Shown: piece after piece, positions 39,050 through 49,050 of the stretch
How positions within the stretch are numbered: position 1 is the stretch's first letter
Layout of the letters: every line of letters starts with the position of its first letter
DNA from: a virus
Taxonomy: Duplodnaviria > Heunggongvirae > Uroviricota > Caudoviricetes
Virus record (IMG/VR): IMGVR_UViG_3300032093_000003
Reading direction: 5' to 3' (one strand)
DNA: 64,000 nucleotides
Made by a program: the position numbers and the translations under genes
The notes under the pieces: model-generated
What the model was told of the DNA's origin: nothing
Databases searched by the model: none
Seen by the model: only the letters and a program-made list of their open reading frames with translations

Positions 39050-39883
39050 ATGAAATTCGCGTCAACCGACAATCTTAATTGGACAGTTCGTCAGGAGCCT
39101 GTTCAAACCGAAAGTGGTATCGTAATTCCTGGACAACTTGCGATAGTTCGTAACGATACGAATGTTCCTTTGTCAATTATGGCTGATGGTTATCAACCGT
39201 ATCAAAATCACGAATTGGTTGAACTACTTGAAAGGGTATCAAACCAAACCGGTATGGAAATTAAAAAATCGGGGTTATTCGGGGACGGAGAGAAGGTGTT
39301 TATTCAGTTGAAGTCAAACGACCTTAAACTCGGTAATGATAGGGTTGAAGGATATTTGACAGGTATCAATTCCTTTGATGGTTCAACATCACTCGCATTC
39401 GGACCCAGTAATGTTACTATCAGTTGTACCAACTCGTTCTTCGCCGCGTTTCGTGGTCTTAACACAAAGGTTCGTCATACAAAAAATATGGTTGTTCGTA
39501 TTGACGACATTTGTAGAAGTTTAATGGGTGTAGTTGAGGAAGAAAAGAAAATGTTTGATAACATTGTGAAGTTGTCGGAAACTCGTGTCGGAACAAAAAA
39601 TGTTGATGATGTATTACGGACATTATTCAACATTGATAAAAGTGTTAATCTCAAAGATATTGAGGCGATATCAACCGTAACTCAAAATAAAATATCTCGT
39701 TTCTATGTTGATTTGAACGGAGAAATGAAGGAGAAGGGAGATAATCTTTGGGGGTTGTTTAGTGGAGTAACTAAATACACAACTCACTCAATGAGTAAGG
39801 AAGACAATACCGAAAAGAAAATGTTTGGTGTGTACGGAAATCGTGAAAGGAAAATCTTTAACGACTTGGTTGAATTGGTATAA
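39050..39883 (+). CDS. DUF932 / TIGR03299 phage-plasmid family protein
   Basis: YQPYQN, NSFDGSTS, SCTN and RHTKN motifs. Confidence 0.75.
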   Translation: MKFASTDNLNWTVRQEPVQTESGIVIPGQLAIVRNDTNVPLSIMADGYQPYQNHELVELLERVSNQTGMEIKKSGLFGDGEKVFIQLKSNDLKLGNDRVEGYLTGINSFDGSTSLAFGPSNVTISCTNSFFAAFRGLNTKVRHTKNMVVRIDDICRSLMGVVEEEKKMFDNIVKLSETRVGTKNVDDVLRTLFNIDKSVNLKDIEAISTVTQNKISRFYVDLNGEMKEKGDNLWGLFSGVTKYTTHSMSKEDNTEKKMFGVYGNRERKIFNDLVELV

Positions 39884-39974
39884 CCCTATAAGTGAATCGT
39901 GTATAACCCCAGCAAAAAGCTGGGGTTTTTTGTTGCTTTTCACCAGCCGATCGCAACAGCGCAACAGGTGGGAT

Positions 39975-40019
39975 TTTCTGTGGCAAGAAAATTACAGGGG
40001 AAACGACTCGCCACAGAAA
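39975..40019. repeat. spacer element (gap 25)
   Basis: TTTCTGTGGC / GCCACAGAAA. Confidence 0.85.
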
Positions 40020-40142
40020 TTTCAGATGACGCCGGGCTAAAAAGTTCGTAGCCCAGATCATAAAACACATTAACAAAAGATTAGCACAAATTATTTGGAA
40101 ATAGAACTATAATAGTTGTATATTTGTATAAATTAAAACATT

Positions 40143-40328
40143 ATGAAAAAAGTAATCACACTATTATCAGTTGTTGTCTTATTGACAAGTTGTTCAACAC
40201 AATATCAAACAACAAGTTACAATTCGGAAAAAAGTTATACCTTTAAGAGAGGTGGTGTTCGGTATAAAATAACCGACACTTACACAAGAAAAGTTGAAAC
40301 CGATACATTAACAATTAAAAAGAAATAA
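40143..40328 (+). CDS. 61-aa lipoprotein
   Basis: MKKVITLLSVVVLLTSC lipobox. Confidence 0.7.
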   Translation: MKKVITLLSVVVLLTSCSTQYQTTSYNSEKSYTFKRGGVRYKITDTYTRKVETDTLTIKKK

Positions 40329-40329
40329 T

Positions 40330-40524
40330 ATGAAGTTTGATGTAATTTCCCCCGATGGTTTTTCAATTCATTTTTCCGACACTTATAGTAATAAGAAAGA
40401 AGCAAAAAAAGCTTTTGAGAAGTGGAAGAAGAATTACGAAAGACAAGGATATTATAGTTCGGTAAACTATGGTAGAATACCTTTGAACGAATTACACAAC
40501 TACATTAAAATTGTTAAACTATGA
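40330..40524 (+). CDS. hypothetical protein
   Basis: 64-aa ORF in operon. Confidence 0.65.
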   Translation: MKFDVISPDGFSIHFSDTYSNKKEAKKAFEKWKKNYERQGYYSSVNYGRIPLNELHNYIKIVKL

Positions 40525-40982
40525 ATTTAGACAAAGCTGAGAAACTCACACTATCTTTGATGCACAAACACAATTTACGTGGTTGGAGTTTTAAGTGGGA
40601 TAATTCATTGAGGAGGTTCGGTTGTTGTAGTCAAGGTAGAAAGTATATTGGGTTGTCAAGGAAATTGGTTGAGGTAAATAATGTGGAACAAGTTAAGGAC
40701 ACAATACTGCACGAAATTGCACACGCACTTGCGGGACCTGGTGTAGGACACGGGCAAAAGTGGAAAGATATTTGTGTTCAGATTGGTGCAAAACCCGAAA
40801 GATGTTATGATAGTGACGACACAAACACACCCGAAATGAAGTATTACGCGGTATGTGGTGCTTGTGGTAGAAAACACGAAAAGGCAAGATTAAAACTAAA
40901 GCATGTTCGTAGGTCGTGTTTATGTCAAAGTGGTAAGGATTGGAACAATAGAGTTTTATTAGAATTTCAAACAAGATATTAA
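40521..40982 (+). CDS. SprT-like zinc metallopeptidase domain protein
   Basis: TILHEIAH, HGQKWK and C-terminal CxxC motifs. Confidence 0.85.
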   Translation: MNLDKAEKLTLSLMHKHNLRGWSFKWDNSLRRFGCCSQGRKYIGLSRKLVEVNNVEQVKDTILHEIAHALAGPGVGHGQKWKDICVQIGAKPERCYDSDDTNTPEMKYYAVCGACGRKHEKARLKLKHVRRSCLCQSGKDWNNRVLLEFQTRY

Positions 40983-40987
40983 TTCGT

Positions 40988-41188
40988 ATGACACCAGAAC
41001 AACAAGTAAAAGAAATTCAGTTGAAGGCACAATATAGTGTACTATCGGAACTATCGGAATGTTTTGGTAAAGGTAGTAGACACGAAGCGGCAGTTAAGAT
41101 TAATAAAACGATGAATGAAATTTTATACAAGTTAGAACTATTAAATTATGAGTACACACAACAGGCGAGGTCATACACGAAAGGTTAA
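40988..41188 (+). CDS. hypothetical protein
   Basis: 66-aa ORF. Confidence 0.55.
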   Translation: MTPEQQVKEIQLKAQYSVLSELSECFGKGSRHEAAVKINKTMNEILYKLELLNYEYTQQARSYTKG

Positions 41189-41314
41189 AGTTAAAGGAGC
41201 CGTTAAGTGTATAAAGATTAAACCGACAAAAGTTAAAAAGAAAAAGTAACCCAGAGAAATCTGGGTTTTTTGTTGCTTTTCACCAGCTGATCGCAGCGCA
41301 AACGCAGCTCGGAT

Positions 41315-41349
41315 TTTCTGTGGCAGGATCGACACACTTGCCACAGAAT
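41315..41349. repeat. spacer element (gap 15)
   Basis: TTTCTGTGGC / GCCACAGAAT. Confidence 0.85.
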
Positions 41350-41466
41350 ATTTTCCTGATCCCGGACATCTTTTTCTTCAGAAATCCTTTAACAAAAGAT
41401 TAGCACAAATTATTTGGAAATAGAACTATAATAGTTGTATATTTGTCTAAACAAAAACAAATCACA

Positions 41467-41688
41467 ATGGCTATCAAAAGTAAAAACTCAAAGAAATCAA
41501 AACTTGAAATTGACTTAACTGGTCCAGATGGTAACGCCTTCGTTCTTATCGGTATCGCGGGTAACTTATCAAAACAATTAGGTTTGGATAAAAGTAAAAT
41601 ACAATCCGAAATGATGAAAGGTGATTATGAAAACTTGATAAAAGTTTTTGACAAACATTTTGGAAAATTCGTAACTTTATATCGTTAA
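41467..41688 (+). CDS. conserved small phage protein
   Basis: IDLTGPDGNAF...GDYENL motif. Confidence 0.75.
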   Translation: MAIKSKNSKKSKLEIDLTGPDGNAFVLIGIAGNLSKQLGLDKSKIQSEMMKGDYENLIKVFDKHFGKFVTLYR

Positions 41689-41702
41689 TAAAACTATTTC
41701 AA

Positions 41703-42029
41703 ATGAGAGTAACAAATTTAACAGGGGCTATTGTCCTAATAAAAATACAACACAAGGTTGATGTTGTTCCTTCAAATATCAAAGGGTTTAAGTGGCATAT
41801 TCCAGAAATGGATGATGATGGTGGTGTCCATATTGAAACTGATGAAGACCTTATTAAATTATCAAATGAAATTTGTGATTTTGATAAATTGATTGATGAA
41901 GTCATTGAACAAATTAAACACGACATCAATGTAAGTGAGGATTTTACCGCAATTGACGAACTATTAAGAACGGTTCCAGTTATCAACTTAATAAATTATT
42001 TACCCGAAACAATACAACAAGGAAAATGA
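41703..42029 (+). CDS. hypothetical protein
   Basis: 108-aa ORF. Confidence 0.65.
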   Translation: MRVTNLTGAIVLIKIQHKVDVVPSNIKGFKWHIPEMDDDGGVHIETDEDLIKLSNEICDFDKLIDEVIEQIKHDINVSEDFTAIDELLRTVPVINLINYLPETIQQGK

Positions 42030-42238
42030 GAACAATAACAATTCATATCATTGATAGAGATAGTTCACGAACTATGAGTGAAAGTATCAGGGTTGATGGT
42101 GTTAAACCGATAGACCTTGAAAACAATATTGTTAAATTACTTTCCGATGTTCCTTTCCGTAAATACTATATGGAAACTGAAACAAGTGATGAATTAACAA
42201 AGGAAGAATTGGAAGTTATTGAAAGGATCATTAACTAA
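42026..42238 (+). CDS. hypothetical protein
   Basis: 70-aa ORF. Confidence 0.6.
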   Translation: MRTITIHIIDRDSSRTMSESIRVDGVKPIDLENNIVKLLSDVPFRKYYMETETSDELTKEELEVIERIIN

Positions 42239-42433
42239 ATTTTAACAAAAATTATTTGGAAATAGAAAGTATTACATTGTATATTTGTAAAAAAATCGTA
42301 TGACACTACAAGAATTAAAAGAACAACTACAAGAAGATTTAATCTCACACTTGGAGGAATTAATCTCACAAGAAGATTTAGACATCGTTTGTAATATAGT
42401 AATCAATAATGTTAATCAATTAAAACAATAACA

Positions 42434-42982
42434 ATGGGAGCAACAGATTTCAGAACAACAAAAAGAGGTTGGTCAATGTCCGAAGCGTATGACACCGCAG
42501 TTGAATATGCGAGAGACGAATATGGAAACGATGGTTACAACGGAACAATATCCACAACTCGTGGGGTTATTGATAAGACCTCAATGTTTAAGTCATCAAA
42601 ACTTTCTATTGATGAATTTATTAACAAACATATTGATAGTTGTCAGAAGTGGGGTTCGGCTTGGGGAGTATGTATTGAAGAACCGACACAAAATAAATCT
42701 AAGATAAAATCTAAGGTTACAAACATTGTAAGTAAGGGAACGAAGAAATGGGAGTTGGTTTATGATGTGATTGTTCGTGGAGATAGTGTTAAGTCATTCA
42801 ATAGTAAGAACGATGCGGTTAAACATGGTCGTGATTTGGTTGAGAAGAGTAAAGGAAGAGTATCAATAGAAATGAGGAAGAAACTTGTTAATGGTAACAC
42901 AAGGGTTGCGGAGATCGAATATAAAACCGATGGAAAAGAAAAAGAGGGTAAGTATGTTTTCTTCGGAATTGCAGCATGTTAA
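42434..42982 (+). CDS. conserved phage hypothetical protein
   Basis: EYGNDGYNGTIST...KW motif. Confidence 0.75.
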   Translation: MGATDFRTTKRGWSMSEAYDTAVEYARDEYGNDGYNGTISTTRGVIDKTSMFKSSKLSIDEFINKHIDSCQKWGSAWGVCIEEPTQNKSKIKSKVTNIVSKGTKKWELVYDVIVRGDSVKSFNSKNDAVKHGRDLVEKSKGRVSIEMRKKLVNGNTRVAEIEYKTDGKEKEGKYVFFGIAAC

Positions 42983-43085
42983 CAAAACTTTAAGAAAATA
43001 AATTTGGAAAACTAATATAATAGTTATATCTTTGTTACTCATTACTAATCTAACTCGGGGACAGGAGTTCTGAACAAATTATCTT

Positions 43086-43829
43086 ATGAATAAGTTTCAT
43101 GGAAAAAAAGTAGGAGAAATCTTTGAGACAAAAGATTATTCAATTTTCAAATTCAGAGAGGACAATCGTCCAATCATTCCAAACCATGTTAAGAAGTTAG
43201 CGAAGAGAATGTCTGAACGTGGTTGGTTACCAACATCAGTTGTCACTATTAATGGAAGTGGTGATATTATTGATGGACAAAATCGTGTGACCGCAGCGAT
43301 GAGTGTTGGTTGTCCGATTCGTTACAAAGTAGTGAAAGGAGCAGGAAGTGATGAAATGACGGAAATGAATACACTACAAAAGAATTGGTCTCCGTTTGAC
43401 CACTTACACAAGTTCGTTGTGAAGGGTAATAAGAATTATGTTGTATTCAATAATTTCATTACCGACTATCCAATGTATAAGTACACCGAAGTCGCGATGT
43501 TTCTCAACAACTCAATGTCAAGTGTGAAGAGAGATACTTTTGAAAGTGGTGAATATGTTGTAAAGAACGAGAAGAAAGCTCGTGAGTGGGCTAACAACAT
43601 TCTTGAACTCAAACCTTACTTTGAGAAGTATTACAACAAGTCAATCTTTGTGAGGGCGATGGTGAAGATTATGTCAAATAAGAAAGACTTTGTTTTTGAA
43701 GAGTTTTTACACAAAGTAAAGTTGAGACCAATGAAGTTAGTTCCGTGTGGAACGGTGGAACAATATGTGGAAATGATTGAGGGTATCTACAACTACATGA
43801 GAAAGGATAAAGTGAATTTAAGGTTTTGA
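43086..43829 (+). CDS. ParB/Srx-like N-terminal domain protein
   Basis: NRPI..NHVKKL and IIDGQNRVTA motifs. Confidence 0.7.
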   Translation: MNKFHGKKVGEIFETKDYSIFKFREDNRPIIPNHVKKLAKRMSERGWLPTSVVTINGSGDIIDGQNRVTAAMSVGCPIRYKVVKGAGSDEMTEMNTLQKNWSPFDHLHKFVVKGNKNYVVFNNFITDYPMYKYTEVAMFLNNSMSSVKRDTFESGEYVVKNEKKAREWANNILELKPYFEKYYNKSIFVRAMVKIMSNKKDFVFEEFLHKVKLRPMKLVPCGTVEQYVEMIEGIYNYMRKDKVNLRF

Positions 43830-43923
43830 GTTAGATAGTAAGTGTGAACAAAGACCACTCCGAAAGGGGTGGTTTTTTTTGTTACGAACTCAGAATCTGC
43901 GGTCCTGAAGACGACGGGGAAAT

Positions 43924-43933
43924 TTTCTGTGGC
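43924..43933. repeat. half spacer element (left arm only)
   Basis: TTTCTGTGGCAGGATC between terminator and promoter. Confidence 0.7.
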
Positions 43934-44015
43934 AGGATCAAACTCTTTAACAAAACATTATGAAAATAAATTTGGAAATAGAAAGTATTATATTGTATAT
44001 TTGAAAAAAAACATT

Positions 44016-44426
44016 ATGATTGAAATGATTAAATCGGAATTGAAGTGGAGAGGAAAAGAAACCTACTCAATAGAAGAAATTATTGAAGTCATTGAGAAGT
44101 ATAATAAAAAAGAAGAAACTCATAGAGTTGAAAGTTGTGGGTTTGTTGCCGATATGGAAACCAGACAAATAACTATTGACGATAAAAAACACAACCTACC
44201 AAAAAAAGAATTTTTGATTATTCATTACCTTATGGAAAATAAAAACAAGGTATTGAATAGAGATAAGATACTAAATAAAATTTGGGAAGATGATGTGATT
44301 GTAATAAACAGAACTATTGATGTTCACATCAGGAGAATTAGAAATAAATTTCCAACAATTCCAATTAGAACAATTAAGGGAGTTGGATATACTTGGAGTG
44401 ATAGAGAGACTTTAACAAATGTTTAA
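44016..44426 (+). CDS. OmpR/PhoB-type winged-helix DNA-binding protein lacking a receiver domain
   Basis: LPKKEFLIIHYL...LNRDKILNKIWEDDVIVINRTIDVHIRRIRNKF...IRTIKGVGY; ATG at 44016 after a promoter. Confidence 0.85.
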   Translation: MIEMIKSELKWRGKETYSIEEIIEVIEKYNKKEETHRVESCGFVADMETRQITIDDKKHNLPKKEFLIIHYLMENKNKVLNRDKILNKIWEDDVIVINRTIDVHIRRIRNKFPTIPIRTIKGVGYTWSDRETLTNV

Positions 44427-44482
44427 CATAAATTATTTGGAGGTATAATGTTTTAAGTTGTATATTTGTAAAAATTAAAATT

Positions 44483-44713
44483 ATGGTAACTTTACACGAA
44501 GAAAAATTTATGGACTATAAAATCGGTTTAGCCGGTTCGTTCAAACAATCACTTTACGAAACCTTTTTCAAAGGAGATACGGAGAACAGAAAGAAGTTAA
44601 TGTCTGTTTTTCCCGAACTTGAAGTCGCTCAAAGATACGCCTCCGAAAGTGGTTATTGGAAAGGACTTGTGGAGAGATATAATAAACAATACAACACAAA
44701 CTATAACCCATAA
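44483..44713 (+). CDS. hypothetical protein
   Basis: 76-aa ORF; promoter with TTAACA at 44412 and 44423. Confidence 0.7.
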   Translation: MVTLHEEKFMDYKIGLAGSFKQSLYETFFKGDTENRKKLMSVFPELEVAQRYASESGYWKGLVERYNKQYNTNYNP

Positions 44714-44879
44714 AATAATATGCCAACAAGAGAACAAACAGACAAAGTTTTCACTGAATTGATAAGTTTATATGACATCGCCGATGAACTTGAAAACAAT
44801 GGCGAAGAAGAAAAATCAATCGAAATGAGAATTAAACTCAACATTATCGGACAATTTATTCAATCATTAATAAAATAAA

Positions 44880-46471
44880 ATGAAATCACAACAAGTTTTT
44901 ATTGTAATGTACAATGACCGATATGGTAACGGAGACCAGAAGAAAATAGAGGTGGTATTAAAAGATGAAAAAGATTTTAAGAAGTGGTTGAAGAACCATA
45001 ACTACGATAGGGATGCAGAACCCGAAACAAAAGAAGAATTTGATTTAATTCCAGTTAACCTTTTAACTTTTGATTAACGATTATTATATTATCTTTACAA
45101 ATAAAAAAAATTGTATGACAACACAACAATTCAACGAGAAGTACAAAGATTACTTGGAGGAAGGACACTATGGTTTAGCCATAGGTGCTGGAGAATTTGT
45201 AGAATGGTTAGATAAAAAGTTTGAGGACTTTGTTAAGAAACCCGGTTTTAGATTTACACAGATTAAAGCGAAATTCGGTTATGGTAGATTTTACGCCGAA
45301 GGTTTAACAAGTGATGAAGTTCGTGAAGTGGAACAGAGAATTACAGATTTACATTCAGGTACAAAATTAGAATTTTAATTATGGCAAGAGTATCAAAATT
45401 AGCACAAAGACAAACCTATTCAAACGGACATCAAATTTGTGTTGGATTGACTGGTGATATTGGTTATATATCTATTGAAGATAATAACCTTTATCCCGAA
45501 GGTGATAGTCGAGCAGATAGAAGGGATATGAATTTTAATAGGATAATGGTTCCCGTTATGACAAGGGAAGACCTTAAAGATTTACAGACCGCTATTGGTG
45601 AAGTATTAAAAAACTCAAAATAATGTCATACACAATAGATAAAATAATTCCAGTCAAATACGAATGGGATGATAAATGGACGGTAACCGCAGATCTTCGT
45701 GGACTTGAAACCTTTGAGAACTGCGAAAGTAATTATGATGTGGTTGAAAGATTAAAAGATAATAATGTCCTTTCAAGTAAAACTAGTGAGGATAGTGAAT
45801 ATTGTCAATTCTTTGCATATTTCAGTACAAAGAAAGCGGCAGAGAACTTTATCAAAAGATTAGGAACTTATATTGAAAAAAGAAAAAAATTAATATCATC
45901 TTTGTAATATGGAAATTTTAACATTTAGAGAATGGAGTGAGAACTTTGTAAAAGTTATCTTTGATTTAGAGGGTGGAGTAGAAATCAAATCATTTAACAA
46001 AACAATTCTTAAAGTAAAAACCCCAAAGATTGTTAATGGTTTGTTAGAAGAACAAAGTAAAATGTTGTTGAAACATTACACCGATAACTTTGATAAAATA
46101 CAAAGTCAGTATCAAGAATTATTAAACGAAGTTATATGACCGCACACCACATAGCAAAAGTTGTTCAAAGTCAATTCGATAAAGTAGATTTCGACGCCAT
46201 CATTGATAAGTGGAAACACATTAAAAGAGAGGATTGTGGTAGAGTATCAGATGAATGGGTTAATACAAGGATTGATGATAAACAATACTATAAGTGGATG
46301 AGGGCGTGTTCCTTATTAGAGGAACATATTAAAAGGAACTTTGAAACCTTTGAAGAAACTGAATTGGTTTATACTTGGGCGAAAGACCTTTGTATTCAAA
46401 AGAACAATGAATTAAATAGGTGGCGTCAGTTTGGTGCGTATCAAACATTTTCTCAATTTAGAAAGAGATAA
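44880..46471 (+). other. run of small hypothetical CDS (44880..45077, 45115..45378, 45381..45623, 45623..45907, 45909..46139, 46136..46471)
   Basis: Abutting ORFs on + ending at a terminator near 46500-46525. Confidence 0.65.
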
Positions 46472-46566
46472 TATGAGAAACCTAATCTGTACCTTTTTAA
46501 CCCCGACATAATGTTGGGGTTTTTTGTTGCTTGAACTTTGCTGGTCCTGTGCGCAACAGGTGAGAT

Positions 46567-46601
46567 ATTCTGTGGCAGACTAAACACACTCGCCACAGAA
46601 A
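46567..46601. repeat. spacer element (gap 15)
   Basis: ATTCTGTGGC / GCCACAGAAA. Confidence 0.85.
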
Positions 46602-46745
46602 TTTCAGATGACCGGGGTCAGGACAGTTTCAGGGTAAAACTATTTATATCTGTTAAGAAAATTTTAACAAAATAAATTTGGAAATACAAAGAAATAAGTT
46701 GTATATTTGTAATGTCATTTAATTATTAACTCAAAACTTTTTCAA

Positions 46746-47015
46746 ATGAAAAGTAAAGTAAAAAAACAAAAACACACCCTACTCAAAGGAGAGGGAGCAA
46801 ACCAACACACTCTTTACGGAGAGTTTAAGATTGATGAAGAAAAGTCCTTTGCAACATTGGAAGTAACAAAGGATAGTGTATTAAAACACGAACAACCTGA
46901 CGGAAGTTTCTCAAACGAACATCAAGCCTTAAAGATTGACAAAGGTAATTGGGTTATGGGAAAACAAGTTGAGTACAATCCGTTTTCTCGTTCAGTAAGT
47001 CAAGTTTGGGACTAA
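46746..47015 (+). CDS. conserved small protein, first gene of a 4-gene operon
   Basis: GEGANQH, LKHE...EH and QVEYNPF motifs. Confidence 0.7.
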   Translation: MKSKVKKQKHTLLKGEGANQHTLYGEFKIDEEKSFATLEVTKDSVLKHEQPDGSFSNEHQALKIDKGNWVMGKQVEYNPFSRSVSQVWD

Positions 47016-47041
47016 TTTATTCACACACTAAATCAACTCAA

Positions 47042-47446
47042 ATGGCAAATCCGTTAATTCATTCTAAATCCAGTGTTAAACGCTGGGGTGGAAAGGTAGA
47101 AGATTATTTACCTATTCACGAACTTATTGATAGTCCAAAAATGACTATGAATAATAATAGTGCGAGGTTACTTACTCACAATACCTGGTTCGCATACCAC
47201 ATTGTTCCGAAAATCTTTGGTTACAACATTGTTAATTCTGACGGAAAGTCCGTTGATGTTGTAGATATTGCGATGTTACATATTGCAGAAGATTTCCGAA
47301 TGAAGTTTGTACCGACACCACAGGACTATCTTAAACATTTAGAAGTCCAACCCTGGATGAATAATGGAGTTAAGCCCGTTGATAATCCCGAAGCGTACGA
47401 AATTGTTAAAAACTTAAATCAAAAATTACACGATTATGCAAACTAA
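47042..47446 (+). CDS. DUF6915-like protein
   Basis: MANPLIHSKSSVKRWGG..EDYLPIH and HIAEDF motifs. Confidence 0.65.
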   Translation: MANPLIHSKSSVKRWGGKVEDYLPIHELIDSPKMTMNNNSARLLTHNTWFAYHIVPKIFGYNIVNSDGKSVDVVDIAMLHIAEDFRMKFVPTPQDYLKHLEVQPWMNNGVKPVDNPEAYEIVKNLNQKLHDYAN

Positions 47447-48116
47447 TGAAGCAGTAAAACTCTGGAAGGAGTTAGGTATTACACACGCAAATATGGAGTT
47501 CAGTTGTGGTGGAGATAGTATGAATGACTACCACTTTACTTTCTACAAGAAAAACGATAGTAAGAAAAAGAATGTCCCCGAAGAAATTGAGGTTAATAGT
47601 CCCGAATTGGAAAGTTACTTTGACAAAGAAGTGTTTGATGAAGTTGAGTTTTATGTAAACTCTGACGGACACTACATTGGGGAGCACGGAAATGTTTATA
47701 TTGAATTAGATGATAGTGATGAAGATGAAGAAGAACATACTTTCATTTATTCAAAAAGTGCCAAAAGTGAGTGGTCGGAGAGAATTGAAGAAACAATGGA
47801 AATCAAATTATCAAAGAAGATGTCTAAATTTGTTTCGGAGTATGTTAGTAACATTAACGGAGAAGAAGGGAATTGTACTATCAATTTCAAAAAAGATTTC
47901 ATAATGTCTGACGAACAAGAAAAGTTGGTGGGAGAATTGGAAGAAATTGTATTACAAGAAACCGCAGACTTTGAGCCTTCCTATGATGAAGGGGAGAAAG
48001 AAGATTACTATACTTTCACAACAAATGACGGAGATGATAGAGAAGAATTAACTATCAAAGATGATAAGTTGTTGGTATCTGTTGGAACTTCGTTTATCAT
48101 TTACAAAGAAGATTAA
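47436..48116 (+). CDS. DUF6878-like acidic protein
   Basis: GITHANMEFSCGGDS motif. Confidence 0.55.
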   Translation: MQTNEAVKLWKELGITHANMEFSCGGDSMNDYHFTFYKKNDSKKKNVPEEIEVNSPELESYFDKEVFDEVEFYVNSDGHYIGEHGNVYIELDDSDEDEEEHTFIYSKSAKSEWSERIEETMEIKLSKKMSKFVSEYVSNINGEEGNCTINFKKDFIMSDEQEKLVGELEEIVLQETADFEPSYDEGEKEDYYTFTTNDGDDREELTIKDDKLLVSVGTSFIIYKED

Positions 48117-48144
48117 ATTATTAACAAATTAAATTAAATCAGTT

Positions 48145-48816
48145 ATGCAAATCGTTATCAATAATTTACAATTTCCGTATGACATTGGTTGTCGTATTTT
48201 GAAAGTGAAACACAAAGATTGTCCTTTCAGTCAGTTGGAAGATATTTGGGAAGATATTACCCCGATTACTTTCAAAGAGATAGCCCAATTAGAGAACTTG
48301 GAACAACGCCGTGTGGCTATGTTGAACTATGGGTTAGATAGATTGGTCAAAGAGATTAAACCCGAATTGATTGATAAGAAAACATTGAAGAAAACAACAA
48401 CTTGGGTTAGTCAAGACGGACAACTTGTTACCAAAAAATTCAATGACACTTATGAACTTTACAAAGTTAATGGGGAAGTTTTCGGTAAGGCTCGTAATTC
48501 TTGGTCAAAACCTGATGATTGTTACTATGTAAAGTGTAAGGACACAAGTACCGACAGAGAGTATTTCATTTGGGTTGATATGAAAAGTGTGGCAAACACA
48601 AATGGTCAGGGTTGGAATTGGGATATTAAAAAGGTCAATGCAATTCAGGCAATTGCTTGGACTATTCAAACGGACATTCCCGAAGGTTGTATTGAGAAGA
48701 TTGTAAGACAGGGAGATTGTGTGTTGATTAAACCGATAGGGAAGAAAGTAAAGTCGGAAAGTACAAGACACTTAACGGAAAGTGAGTACAAAAATCTGTT
48801 GGTCGCTGAGAGTTAG
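48145..48816 (+). CDS. DUF6745-like protein
   Basis: ENLEQRRVAM, VKCKDTSTDREY and AIAWT motifs. Confidence 0.55.
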   Translation: MQIVINNLQFPYDIGCRILKVKHKDCPFSQLEDIWEDITPITFKEIAQLENLEQRRVAMLNYGLDRLVKEIKPELIDKKTLKKTTTWVSQDGQLVTKKFNDTYELYKVNGEVFGKARNSWSKPDDCYYVKCKDTSTDREYFIWVDMKSVANTNGQGWNWDIKKVNAIQAIAWTIQTDIPEGCIEKIVRQGDCVLIKPIGKKVKSESTRHLTESEYKNLLVAES

Positions 48817-48905
48817 TAGTTTTTGACAAATGAAAGGGGGTACAATTAGTACCCCTTTTTTTATGCACTTTTTGTGCACTCGATCTGCATATTAACAGGT
48901 GAGAT

Positions 48906-48940
48906 TTTCTGTGGCGGATCAACTATACTCGCCACAGAAA
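48906..48940. repeat. spacer element (gap 15), 13-bp perfect inverted repeat
   Basis: ATTTTCTGTGGCG / CGCCACAGAAAAT. Confidence 0.9.
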
Positions 48941-49050
48941 ATTCTTGGTTCAGATCCTGAAATTTTTAGATATAATATCTTAACTAAACTTTAACGAAAA
49001 TAAATTTGGAATCAAAATATATAAGTTGTATATTTGTAAAAATTAAAATT

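Noticed and set aside
43869-44015. N-terminal extension of the winged-helix ORF as a degenerate receiver domain
   Set aside because: This stretch is terminator tail, spacer arm and promoter; the real start is the ATG at 44016.
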